Assembly (NCBI GenBank): GCA_963666275.2
Contig: CAXXOA010000001.1
Span: 992,001-1,056,000, forward strand
Reading direction: 5' to 3'
DNA length: 64,000 bases
DNA from: Oceanispirochaeta sp.
Lineage (GTDB): Bacteria; Spirochaetota; Spirochaetia; DSM-2461
Below, piece by piece: positions 43,255 through 52,273 of the stretch. The notes under the pieces are model-generated. The model had not been told where the DNA came from. It did not search any database and saw only the letters and a program-made list of their open reading frames with translations. Every line of letters begins with the position of its first letter. Position 1 is the stretch's first letter. The translations under genes and the position numbers were made by a program.

Positions 43255-43365
43255 GTGTAACATTCTTTTCATTTGCAGACCGTAAACCTGGCGTGAAACT
43301 TGCCTGCGTAGCAGAAAAGCAGGTTTCATGACAGTAGGGCTGTCAATTGCAAAAGCAAGTTAAAT
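43255..43365 (-). other. attC site, intron-free (111 bp)
   Basis: gtgtaac-att-cttttcatttg ... tgaaacttgc-ctgc-gta-gcag-aaaa-gcaggtttca ... caattgcaaaag-caa-gttaaat. Confidence 0.88.
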
Positions 43366-43386
43366 AGTGCCCTTAATGCGTTTTTG

Positions 43387-44598
43387 CTAATACAAGAATC
43401 CAAAGAGATGTAATGGGATCTCGTATCTGGATCCGTATAATATATCATCTTTTACTAAATAGCTGTTTTCTAAATTTTCCTTTATCTGTTTTCTGTCCTT
43501 ATTTTTTCCACCGACTTCAAAGAAGTTGTTCTGAATCTTAAAATCACCAATTCTGCTCATGTGAACTTTGAGATTGGCGTTTAAAGTCATTCTGATGAAA
43601 AATATTTCTCTCAATGTTCCAATATTGGATTCAAAGCCGATTTCTTCAGCTACAGATTTATATATGTCCGGATTATCAAGAAATATCTTTTCAGTCTGTT
43701 TAAGAACTGCTGATCCTGATTTGTCCATTGATAAAAGAGTAATCACTCCTGTCTCATGCAGTATATTCAGGTAATTCTGTATTGTTTTGTTATCAAGCCC
43801 AAGATTCTTGGCTATGCTGTTCCTGTTCAATTCTCCGGGGGGGATGGTTGCCAGATAGCTGATAATGCGTTTGAAATTTATCAAATTCTCAGTTTTCAAT
43901 TTATAGTGGTTGGATATATCCTCATAAATTGTCTTATCAATGATCCTTAAGATTTTCTGATTGTATGTGGAAATCCCTTCTTGAGCGAAAGGATAATACC
44001 CACACCCTAAATATTCTTTGAAATGACCCCTGAGTTTTGGCACATCGGCTATTTTCGATTCAAAGTTCGACCTATTGGAGATTAAGTCATTAATAGTAAT
44101 TATACCTGTATCAGCGATATCATTGAAAAGGAGATACTCTCTAAATGATAAACCACCAATTCTGTAAATAACTCCTCTTCTGGATAAATCATATGTACCC
44201 TTGATCAGATCAATGCTGGAACTTCCTGAGAAGATGATTTTAATGTCCGGGTAGGCATCATATATATTTTTTAATTCCTGGTTCCAGTTCGGGTATTTAT
44301 GTATTTCATCCAGGAAAAAGTATTTTATACCATTTTCTTCGTATAGATCATTCACAAAATCTATTAAATTGTTTTGGGTGAAATAAATATGGTCTATAGA
44401 TGCATATATAGCTTCGTCAGGATTTGATATATTTTCTTTGATGTATTGAAGTAATAATGTAGTCTTACCCGTACCTCTTGGGCCAATTAACCCTGTAAGT
44501 CGATTCTCTGTATTAAAACTATCAAATATGTATCGGTGGTGAGGGTAGTTAGTCTGACTGAGAAGTCGTTTATATATAGCGATAAAATTATTCTTCAT
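43387..44598 (-). CDS. AAA+ ATPase (AAA_14/DUF4143-type) cassette gene
   Basis: GPRGTGKTT, FFLDEIHKY, SGSS, LSFREYL, G.YP, KIFLDNP, FEVGGK. Confidence 0.88.
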   Translation of the reverse strand: MKNNFIAIYKRLLSQTNYPHHRYIFDSFNTENRLTGLIGPRGTGKTTLLLQYIKENISNPDEAIYASIDHIYFTQNNLIDFVNDLYEENGIKYFFLDEIHKYPNWNQELKNIYDAYPDIKIIFSGSSSIDLIKGTYDLSRRGVIYRIGGLSFREYLLFNDIADTGIITINDLISNRSNFESKIADVPKLRGHFKEYLGCGYYPFAQEGISTYNQKILRIIDKTIYEDISNHYKLKTENLINFKRIISYLATIPPGELNRNSIAKNLGLDNKTIQNYLNILHETGVITLLSMDKSGSAVLKQTEKIFLDNPDIYKSVAEEIGFESNIGTLREIFFIRMTLNANLKVHMSRIGDFKIQNNFFEVGGKNKDRKQIKENLENSYLVKDDILYGSRYEIPLHLFGFLY

Positions 44599-44665
44599 TG
44601 GAATATACTCTACCTATATGCGTCATAATTATGATTGTACTCCAATATAAATAAATTTCAAGTCT

Positions 44666-44836
44666 ATTTAACACCCAAATATGATGCGAAGCGGCCTGAC
44701 CGAAGGGCAGGTATAGGCGCTTTTCTTGCTCCTTTATTCTAAACACCAGTTCGTTATTTGAGAAGAACAATTACTTTATCGAAGCTATTTCTGCAAGAAA
44801 TGTGATCTATAGCTTCGACTGCATCATTTGTTATCC
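44666..44836 (-). other. attC site, intron-free, one arm apparently shortened
   Basis: atttaac-acc-caaatatgatgc-gaagc ... ttttcttgc ... gcaagaaa ... gcttc-gact-gcatca-ttt-gttatcc. Confidence 0.75.
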
Positions 44837-45789
44837 AATTTTCTATATCTTGTCATTCTACCTTTACCTGAAGACACAATCCTCTTTTCTTCTAGTAATT
44901 GCTTTAAATCTCTGCTTGCTGTTGCACTAGATATACCTTTACAGACACTCATGTATTCTTTTCTATCAAACCAATCTTCTAGTTTTGATAAAGCTATTTT
45001 TGATCGTTTTTCATAATCAGGATTAACTGGTTTTGATTCATTAATTGTATTTCTTAGAGCTTCATTTATTACGTTCAACATGAATTCAATAAAAACAGTC
45101 GATTTTCCAGTATTATCCGATATTGATAACACTTTATAATACTCTTGCTGATTATCCTTAATTAACTTTTCTATTGGAACAAATTCAAATATCGGATTCA
45201 CATTCATCAATATCCGTGTTTGCCAAAATCTGCCCATACGACCATTTCCATCTTCAAAAGGGTGAATAAATTCCATTTCATAATGAAATACACAGCTTTT
45301 AATGATTTCTTGATCTTCATCGTGTTTTAAATATTGAAATAAATCTTTCATCAAACCTGGTACCATTTCTGAAGTAGGAGCAATATGTGTAACTTCTTTA
45401 CCTTTCATTATCCCAACTTGAGATTTTCGAAATTCACCAGGATTTGGAACTAAACCCTCCATTAAGATCCTATGTGCGTCTAAGAAATCTTTATTACTAT
45501 GTGGTTTAAAGGAATTTAATCGCTCATATGCGACAATTGCATTTTGAACTTCTAGAATATCTTTACTTGGGGCAATTATTCTTTGATTATCAATCAAGGC
45601 AGTAACATTCTCAATATTTAAAGTGTTACCTTCTATTGATAAGGATGATTGAATTGTTTTAATTCTATTTTGTCTTCTGAGTCTTGCTTCTGGTTTTACA
45701 AGCATTAAACTTTGGCAAATACCCAATCCTTCAGTTATTTGACCATATAATTTTAAAATTCGGTTTGTAATTTCATACGGTGGTTTCAT
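44824..45789 (-). CDS. Fic family protein with C-terminal HTH (cassette gene)
   Basis: SSLSIEGN; canonical HPFEDGNGRMGR; ISSATASRDLKQL HTH. Confidence 0.95.
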   Translation of the reverse strand: MKPPYEITNRILKLYGQITEGLGICQSLMLVKPEARLRRQNRIKTIQSSLSIEGNTLNIENVTALIDNQRIIAPSKDILEVQNAIVAYERLNSFKPHSNKDFLDAHRILMEGLVPNPGEFRKSQVGIMKGKEVTHIAPTSEMVPGLMKDLFQYLKHDEDQEIIKSCVFHYEMEFIHPFEDGNGRMGRFWQTRILMNVNPIFEFVPIEKLIKDNQQEYYKVLSISDNTGKSTVFIEFMLNVINEALRNTINESKPVNPDYEKRSKIALSKLEDWFDRKEYMSVCKGISSATASRDLKQLLEEKRIVSSGKGRMTRYRKLDNK

Positions 45790-45796
45790 CTCTTAA

Positions 45797-45820
45797 TGAT
45801 AGCATCATTTGATACTATCA
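45797..45820. promoter_or_regulatory. Inverted repeat just upstream of fic (probable autoregulatory operator)
   Basis: tgatagcatca-tt-tgatactatca (10/11 match). Confidence 0.6.
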
Positions 45821-45853
45821 CCAACAGGTCATAAATATTCTGTGCCGAAGGCT

Positions 45854-46004
45854 GGATAACGTCCGGTTCTGTGGAATGCCGTTAAATGGCGCTTTTCTTG
45901 CTTTACTATGTTAACCAGCTTTTTCATAGCTAAAAATGCTTACCGAATTAATAATAAACCCAAAGCAAGAAATGTGACATAGGCATTTCCATAGCAACCG
46001 TTTG
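45854..46004 (-). other. attC site interrupted by intron A1 (completed by 47915-47920)
   Basis: ggataac-gtc-cggtt-ctgtggaatgcc ... ggcatttccatag-caaccg-ttt-g|ttatgt. Confidence 0.9.
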
Positions 46005-47914
46005 GTACGCCTGACATGGCAATAAACTTATGAGTTGAAAGTCCACTACAGCTACCCACGTATAGTAAACATGCTATACCAACTGTTAGCCGACGGCAAG
46101 GGCAATTCCGTGAGGAATTGTCTGGAGGAAGCCTGAGTGCAAAACCGGGAGCCCATGTATAAGAATGTGATATGGAATGCGAGTCACGCAGCATTCCACC
46201 CCCCAGTTCCGGAGGCTGGTCGCAAACAAGTTTGCTGCTCGCCCATGCAGCCTAGGGCGAGTCAGCCAATGATGACGATGCCCCGTGGGTGAGGGATAGG
46301 GTAAATCACAGGGTTGTCCGGCCCTGGTCGTAAACTTCGCTTGCTGCTCGCCCATGCAACCGGGGCATAGTAGCCAACGCCCGGAGTAATGTCCGGTTCA
46401 TGGTGAAGGCCTGAACATTTCACAAGGAGGAGCCTTATGGTTCTCAAAGGAACAATTTCAGTTTATGCCGGAATCACTTTTGGCGGACCATGGAGAAACA
46501 AGCCTTGAACGAATCTATGATGGATTTGATTTTATCCTCTGAAAATATGCACAAAGCCTGGAAACAGGTCAAACGCAATGGAGGTAGCCCTGGAATCGAC
46601 GGTATCACTGTCGAGAAGTTTCCAGGATATCTGAAAACCAGATGGCCTAGAATCAAACGAGCTTTGCTCAACGGGTACTATGTACCTTCTCCGGTGCTGA
46701 GGGTAGAAATCCCGAAGAAATCCGGAGGCTGGTCGCAAACAAGTTTGCTGCTCGCCCATGCAACCGGGGGAAAACGGATGCTGGGAATCCCGACAGTTCT
46801 AGACAGGGTTATCCAGCAGGCTATTTCACAGGTTCTGAATCCCATATTTGATCCGGATTTCTCGGAGCATAGCTATGGATTCAGACCGGGAAGATCGGCT
46901 CACGGAGCAGTGAAACAGGTAAATCAACATGTCAAATCCGGGTATAGATACGCCGTGGATCTGGACTTGGAAAAGTTCTTTGATACAGTTAATCATGATA
47001 TCCTGATGCATTTTGTGGCTGTAAAAGTCTGGGACAAATCTGTCCTCAGACTCATCGGCCGTTACCTGAGAGCCGGTATTCAGTTGGACAATGGAAAAGT
47101 GATTCCTACAGACATCGGCACACCCCAAGGCGGGCCCTTATCACCTCTGCTTTCCAATATCCTCCTTGATCGGTTGGATATGGAACTGGAGAGAAGAAAT
47201 GTGAGGTTCGCACGGTATGCAGATGACACTATCCTTTTAACGAAGAGATTGTGTGATGCTAGGAAGATCCTACAGGAAGTTTCAATATTTCTGGTAAGGA
47301 AATTGAAATTGGTAGTGAATCAGGAGAAAACGAAAGTTGCAAAGATAAGGGAGTGCAGTTTCCTGGGATTCACATTCAAGGGTAAGAAGATTCGCTGGAC
47401 AGAGTCGTCCTTTGAGGATTTTCGGTATCATCTGAAATATCTGACAAGGCGTTCCTGGGGTGTTTCCATGGAATACAGAATCGGGAAACTCAATGAGTAT
47501 ATCCGGGGCTGGATGAACTACTATGGGATCTCCCAATATTACAGCCCTATACAGAATCTTGATGACTGGCTCCTTAGGAGGATTCGCATGTGCTACTGGA
47601 AACAGTGGCGATATCCCAGAACGAAAGTCAGGAAACTGATGGAACTGGGAATTCCGAAAGATTTTGCCATTATCACCGGTGCCAGTAGTAAATCCTATTG
47701 GCATCTCTCCAAGTCTTACGCTACCAATGCAGCTATGTCCAATAAATGGCTGGAAGAGCAGGGATTGGTCAATATCAAATATCTGTGGTGTAAAGCCCAG
47801 GGATATATCTGATCAAATCAGGATTTCGTTTGCTCCATGGAGTGAACCGCCCCGTGCGGACCCGCATGCGGGGTGGTGTGGGGGCTGGAGGTTAAAAGCC
47901 TCCGGCTACCCGAT
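46005..47914 (+). mobile_element. Group IIC-attC intron, lineage A copy 1 (1910 nt; 5' RNA damaged)
   Basis: 5' GTACGCC, DV gaaccgccccgtgcggacccgcatgcggggtggtgtg, 3' CCCGAT; 229-nt segment replaced and hairpin inserts relative to copy 2. Confidence 0.93.
46490..47812 (+). CDS. ltrA: Group II intron reverse transcriptase/maturase (no endonuclease domain), with 14-aa insert
   Basis: PGIDG, LGIPTVLDR, SYGFRPGR, DLEKFFD, GTPQGGPLSPLL, RYADD, domain X. Confidence 0.95.
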   Translation: MEKQALNESMMDLILSSENMHKAWKQVKRNGGSPGIDGITVEKFPGYLKTRWPRIKRALLNGYYVPSPVLRVEIPKKSGGWSQTSLLLAHATGGKRMLGIPTVLDRVIQQAISQVLNPIFDPDFSEHSYGFRPGRSAHGAVKQVNQHVKSGYRYAVDLDLEKFFDTVNHDILMHFVAVKVWDKSVLRLIGRYLRAGIQLDNGKVIPTDIGTPQGGPLSPLLSNILLDRLDMELERRNVRFARYADDTILLTKRLCDARKILQEVSIFLVRKLKLVVNQEKTKVAKIRECSFLGFTFKGKKIRWTESSFEDFRYHLKYLTRRSWGVSMEYRIGKLNEYIRGWMNYYGISQYYSPIQNLDDWLLRRIRMCYWKQWRYPRTKVRKLMELGIPKDFAIITGASSKSYWHLSKSYATNAAMSNKWLEEQGLVNIKYLWCKAQGYI

Positions 47915-47922
47915 TTATGTGG

Positions 47923-48786
47923 TCAATTATTTATTACCAAGTATTCAGTCAAACATAATTGATCATTCTTTTTTCCAATAACAAATAAGATATTTCTTTC
48001 AAAGTCATAATCTATAGAATATATTCTAGTTTCTTCTGAATTTATATTTTCCATTTTTGTTATACCTTCATCAATATTATAAAGCTTGAAATTGTTAATG
48101 CAAGAAGTTAGAAAACGATTATTACCAATATAAACAGCAGATGTTATAAGTTCTTTTTCATCTATTTTATACTTGTCTTCATTATTAGTTATATAATATT
48201 CATATCCTTTATACGGAATATTAATCCCATAAATGAAGTCTTTTGAATTTAATTTATGATCAAAAACCATTAATTCATTTTCTGTAATAACTGTCTCACA
48301 AAAGCCTGAAATTAATGAGTATTTTTGGATCTTTACTTTTTTTTCTCCAGGAAAATATCTCTCAATAAAAAAAGATGTATCAGTATCCCAGAAAATATTC
48401 CTAATGATTAAGAGTTCATCTTTACTTGTAATTAAAGCATCCAAATTTGAATCCAATCTATTCTCTTCAACTAAAGTAATTCCAGAGAACCAACCCGAAT
48501 GCCCTGAAATAAACAATAATGAATTATCCATGAAACTCATGCTAAAGATTGATAGTTCATCAGGAATAAGTGAGCTTATATTATTCCTTTCACCATTTTC
48601 ATCATAAAAATAGAGAGAATGCCCCATCGAAATATAAAAACCATTATTAGTTCCTGAAACAAGTAGTGGTAATCCTTCTCTATTGAAATAGAATTCATCA
48701 ATTTTCTGTAGTTCTAATGAATATAAATTTGTAAATATCAATATGACTAATAAATATGTAATTGCTTTTTTCATCATTAATTCCAT
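47923..48786 (-). CDS. Exported protein of unknown function (putative immunity partner)
   Basis: Signal peptide MKKAITYLLVILIFTNLYS; beta-rich; abuts the stop of the upstream gene within the same cassette. Confidence 0.7.
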   Translation of the reverse strand: MELMMKKAITYLLVILIFTNLYSLELQKIDEFYFNREGLPLLVSGTNNGFYISMGHSLYFYDENGERNNISSLIPDELSIFSMSFMDNSLLFISGHSGWFSGITLVEENRLDSNLDALITSKDELLIIRNIFWDTDTSFFIERYFPGEKKVKIQKYSLISGFCETVITENELMVFDHKLNSKDFIYGINIPYKGYEYYITNNEDKYKIDEKELITSAVYIGNNRFLTSCINNFKLYNIDEGITKMENINSEETRIYSIDYDFERNILFVIGKKNDQLCLTEYLVINN

Positions 48787-49844
48787 TAAAAGTAAAACGT
48801 TGAAGGATTGATTAATTTTCCATTGATATGCGTTCTAAAATCTAAATGTGGATTGGTAGACATGCCAGTTGAGCCGATAGAACCAATTATCTGACCTTGT
48901 TCAACCCATTGCCCATTTTCAACTGAAACTGTTGATAGATGAGAATATTGTGATGAAACTTTAAAGAAGGGAACATCTTTATCATTAGGAAATTGCTTTG
49001 CATAATCAATAAATAAACTGTTACCATAGGCATCAGATAGAGAACTATCAAATCTTATATAACCAGAATGAGCCGCGTATACTGGATCACCAAGAGGACA
49101 ATCATAATCAATCCCACCATGCCATCGGTTGATTTCTTCTCCTTGATAAAACAGCTTACAAAACCCATAATTTTCCGTTACAATTGGATCATCAACAGGA
49201 ACAATAAAACCTAATTCTAACAAACAAGATGGTCTTGTAATTTCAACATAGTGCCTAACAGGGTCACTTGCCTCCAATTGCTCAAAAGAATTATCATACA
49301 TGTCTTTATAATGATCGCTTACATTCTCGTAACAAGCTTTTTTATTCTCCTTTGGAGCAGGAGCGGGTGGAGTTTCTTCCTTCGGAGCAGATTTCATTAT
49401 CGGCTTATCATCATCTTCTCCATCTAGCCATAAATCTTCATAGATTAATTCTATTCTTTCTACTGCGATACCATTTGCTCTAAAATCTAATGTGGGGCCA
49501 ATCCAACGGCAGGGTAAAGCACGAAAGAAATTCCAACGTTTTACTTCTTCACCGCTTTGATCCATTAAAATAACTGAACCGCTTCTCCTTTCTACTGGCT
49601 TGTCGGAATGAATTACATCATAGTACCAACGGTATAAATCATCACAAGTAGAAATACCTTTTTCGAGAATCAAATTTGGGAAACGAGTTCTTCCCTCAAA
49701 TCGATGAATTCCATACCCGCCTTCTTCCACTTCATAAACATATTTTTCTGATTCGAGACCTTCACAACGAGAAAATGTTGTTGTTATGACTCCATCCAGT
49801 TCTAATGCAAAACAATGTGGTAAATAAGAATCTGATCTATTCAT
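48786..49844 (-). CDS. Phage tail tube (T4 gp19-like) domain fused to an M23 family peptidase domain
   Basis: FALELDG...FSRCEGL...EGG...NLILEKG...LYRW...RRSGSVILMD...RWNFFRALPCRWIGP...AVERIELIYE; P-rich linker; HGGIDY, PVYAAHSG, YSHL, V.QGQ.IG..GSTG.ST.PHLDF. Confidence 0.85.
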   Translation of the reverse strand: MNRSDSYLPHCFALELDGVITTTFSRCEGLESEKYVYEVEEGGYGIHRFEGRTRFPNLILEKGISTCDDLYRWYYDVIHSDKPVERRSGSVILMDQSGEEVKRWNFFRALPCRWIGPTLDFRANGIAVERIELIYEDLWLDGEDDDKPIMKSAPKEETPPAPAPKENKKACYENVSDHYKDMYDNSFEQLEASDPVRHYVEITRPSCLLELGFIVPVDDPIVTENYGFCKLFYQGEEINRWHGGIDYDCPLGDPVYAAHSGYIRFDSSLSDAYGNSLFIDYAKQFPNDKDVPFFKVSSQYSHLSTVSVENGQWVEQGQIIGSIGSTGMSTNPHLDFRTHINGKLINPSTFYF

Positions 49845-50128
49845 TACTAATCTCCCCAAATAATGATTTCTTGTTTTACATTTAGTAATTTACGTCATTA
49901 ATATATATTGATTCTTTTAATGATTCTTGTCACTAGATAATATGAATTGTTTTTCTTACAAATAACCCATTTTCTTCGTAGCATAATCCTCCACCGGAGG
50001 TTTCTTCCCAATTTTTCTCCCACTGGGGTTTCTTTCTATTTCATACTTATTCTTCCATCCGGCGGAAGAAATCTAATTCTATCCGTATAGTGTAACATAC
50101 AAAGGTGTATAATGAACAGCCGTAACCC

Positions 50129-50233
50129 ACATAACATCGATTTAACTAGCAGACAGATAGCTGGCGGATTCTGTGCCTGCAAAGCAGATAAGCACAGAAT
50201 GTGACCAGCCTGGCTGACTAGTTCAAATCCTTG
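50129..50233 (-). other. attC site interrupted by intron A2 (completed by 52265-52270)
   Basis: acataac-atc-gatttaactag ... attctgtgc-ctgc-aaa-gcag-ataa-gcacagaat ... ctagttcaaatc-ctt-g|ttagat. Confidence 0.9.
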
Positions 50234-52264
50234 GTACGCCTGACATGGCAATAAACTTATGAGGTGAAAGTCCTCTACAGCTACCCACGTATAGTAAACA
50301 TGCTATACCAACTGTTAGCCGACGGCAAGGGCAATTCCGTGAGGAATTGTCTGGAGGAAGCCTGAGTGCAAAACCGGGAGCCCATGTACAAGAATGTGAT
50401 AGAAGGCCCAGTTCTGGAGGTGAGTCAGCCAATGATGACGATGCCCCGTGGGTGAGGGATAGGGTAAATCACAGGGTTGTCCGGGGAATGTTTATTGTCT
50501 TATTCGGGGAGATCTGTCTGCAAGGCGGTAACACCGGTTTGACCGTGAGAATCCGGAGGATACCGGGGTAACAAATCCAGGCCTATCAGGGGATGACACT
50601 CTGATAAGGAGCCGTTTATACGGAACACAAAGAAGTCGTCACAGCGATTCAAACCGGATGATACAGCGTCAGCAGGAGTAATTCAACTGATAAGCAGACA
50701 GAAGTCAGCAGAAGGCATAGTAGCCAACGCCCGGAGTAATGTCCGGTTCATGGTGAAGGTCTGAACATTTCACAAGGAGGAGCCTTATGGTTCTCAAAGG
50801 AACAATTTCAGTTTATGCCGGAATCACTTTTGGCGGACCATGGAGAAACCAGCCTTGAACGAATCTATGATGGATTTGATTTTATCCTCTGAAAATATGC
50901 ACAAAGCCTGGAAACAGGTCAAACGCAATGGAGGTAGCCCTGGAATCGACGGTATCACTGTCGAGAAGTTTCCAGGATATCTGAAAACCAGATGGCCTAG
51001 AATCAAACGAGCTTTGCTCAACGGGTACTATGTACCTTCTCCGGTGCTGAGGGTAGAAATCCCGAAGAAATCCGGAGGCTGGTCGCAAACAAGTTTGCTG
51101 CTCGCCCATGCAACCGGGGGAAAACGGATGCTGGGAATCCCGACAGTTCTAGACAGGGTTATCCAGCAGGCTATTTCACAGGTTCTGAATCCCATATTTG
51201 ATCCGGATTTCTCGGAGCATAGCTATGGATTCAGACCGGGAAGATCGGCTCACGGAGCAGTGAAACAGGTAAACCAACATGTCAAATCCGGGTATAGATA
51301 CGCCGTGGATCTGGACTTGGAAAAGTTCTTTGATACAGTTAATCATGATATCCTGATGCATTTTGTGGCTGTAAAAGTCCGGGACAAATCTGTCCTCAGA
51401 CTCATCGGCCGTTACCTGAGAGCCGGTATTCAGTTGGACAATGGAAAAGTGATTCCTACAGACATCGGCACACCCCAAGGCGGGCCCTTATCACCTCTGC
51501 TTTCCAATATCCTCCTTGATCGGTTGGATATGGAACTGGAGAGAAGAAATGTGAGGTTCGCACGGTATGCAGATGACACTATCCTTTTAACGAAGAGATT
51601 GTGTGATGCTAGGAAGATCCTACAGGAAGTTTCAATATTTCTGGTAAGGAAATTGAAATTGGTAGTGAATCAGGAGAAAACGAAAGTTGCAAAGATAAGG
51701 GAGTGCAGTTTCCTGGGATTCACATTCAAGGGTAAGAAGATTCGCTGGACAGAGTCGTCCTTTGAGGATTTTCGGTATCATCTGAAATATCTGACAAGGC
51801 GTTCCTGGGGTGTTTCCATGGAATACAGAATCGGGAAACTCAATGAGTATATCCGGGGCTGGATGAACTACTATGGGATCTCCCAATATTACAGCCCTCT
51901 ACAGAACCTTGATGACTGGCTCCGTAGGAGGATTCGCATGTGCTACTGGAAACAGTGGCGATATCCCAGAACGAAAGTCAGGAAACTGATGGAACTGGGA
52001 ATTCCGAAAGATTTTGCCATTATCACCGGTGCCAGTAGTAAATCCTATTGGCATCTCTCCAAGTCTTACGCTACCAATGCAGCTATGTCCAATAAATGGC
52101 TGGAAGAGCAGGGATTGGTCAATATCAAATATCTGTGGTGTAAAGCCCAGGGATATATCTGATCAAATCAGGATTTCGTTTGCTCCATGGAGTGAACCGC
52201 CCCGTGCGGACCCGCATGCGGGGTGGTGTGGGGGCTGGAGGTTAAAAGCCTCCGGCTACCCGAT
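50234..52264 (+). mobile_element. Group IIC-attC intron, lineage A copy 2 (2031 nt)
   Basis: GTACGCC...CCCGAT; same length as copy 5 plus a 42-bp insert in the ORF. Confidence 0.95.
50840..52162 (+). CDS. ltrA: Group II intron reverse transcriptase/maturase, with 14-aa insert
   Basis: Same RT motifs including RYADD. Confidence 0.95.
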   Translation: MEKPALNESMMDLILSSENMHKAWKQVKRNGGSPGIDGITVEKFPGYLKTRWPRIKRALLNGYYVPSPVLRVEIPKKSGGWSQTSLLLAHATGGKRMLGIPTVLDRVIQQAISQVLNPIFDPDFSEHSYGFRPGRSAHGAVKQVNQHVKSGYRYAVDLDLEKFFDTVNHDILMHFVAVKVRDKSVLRLIGRYLRAGIQLDNGKVIPTDIGTPQGGPLSPLLSNILLDRLDMELERRNVRFARYADDTILLTKRLCDARKILQEVSIFLVRKLKLVVNQEKTKVAKIRECSFLGFTFKGKKIRWTESSFEDFRYHLKYLTRRSWGVSMEYRIGKLNEYIRGWMNYYGISQYYSPLQNLDDWLRRRIRMCYWKQWRYPRTKVRKLMELGIPKDFAIITGASSKSYWHLSKSYATNAAMSNKWLEEQGLVNIKYLWCKAQGYI

Positions 52265-52273
52265 TTAGATTGT

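Noticed and set aside
46216..46770. The 42-bp repeats as a CRISPR array
   Set aside because: Irregular spacing, embedded in intron sequence, absent from other intron copies, no unique spacers.
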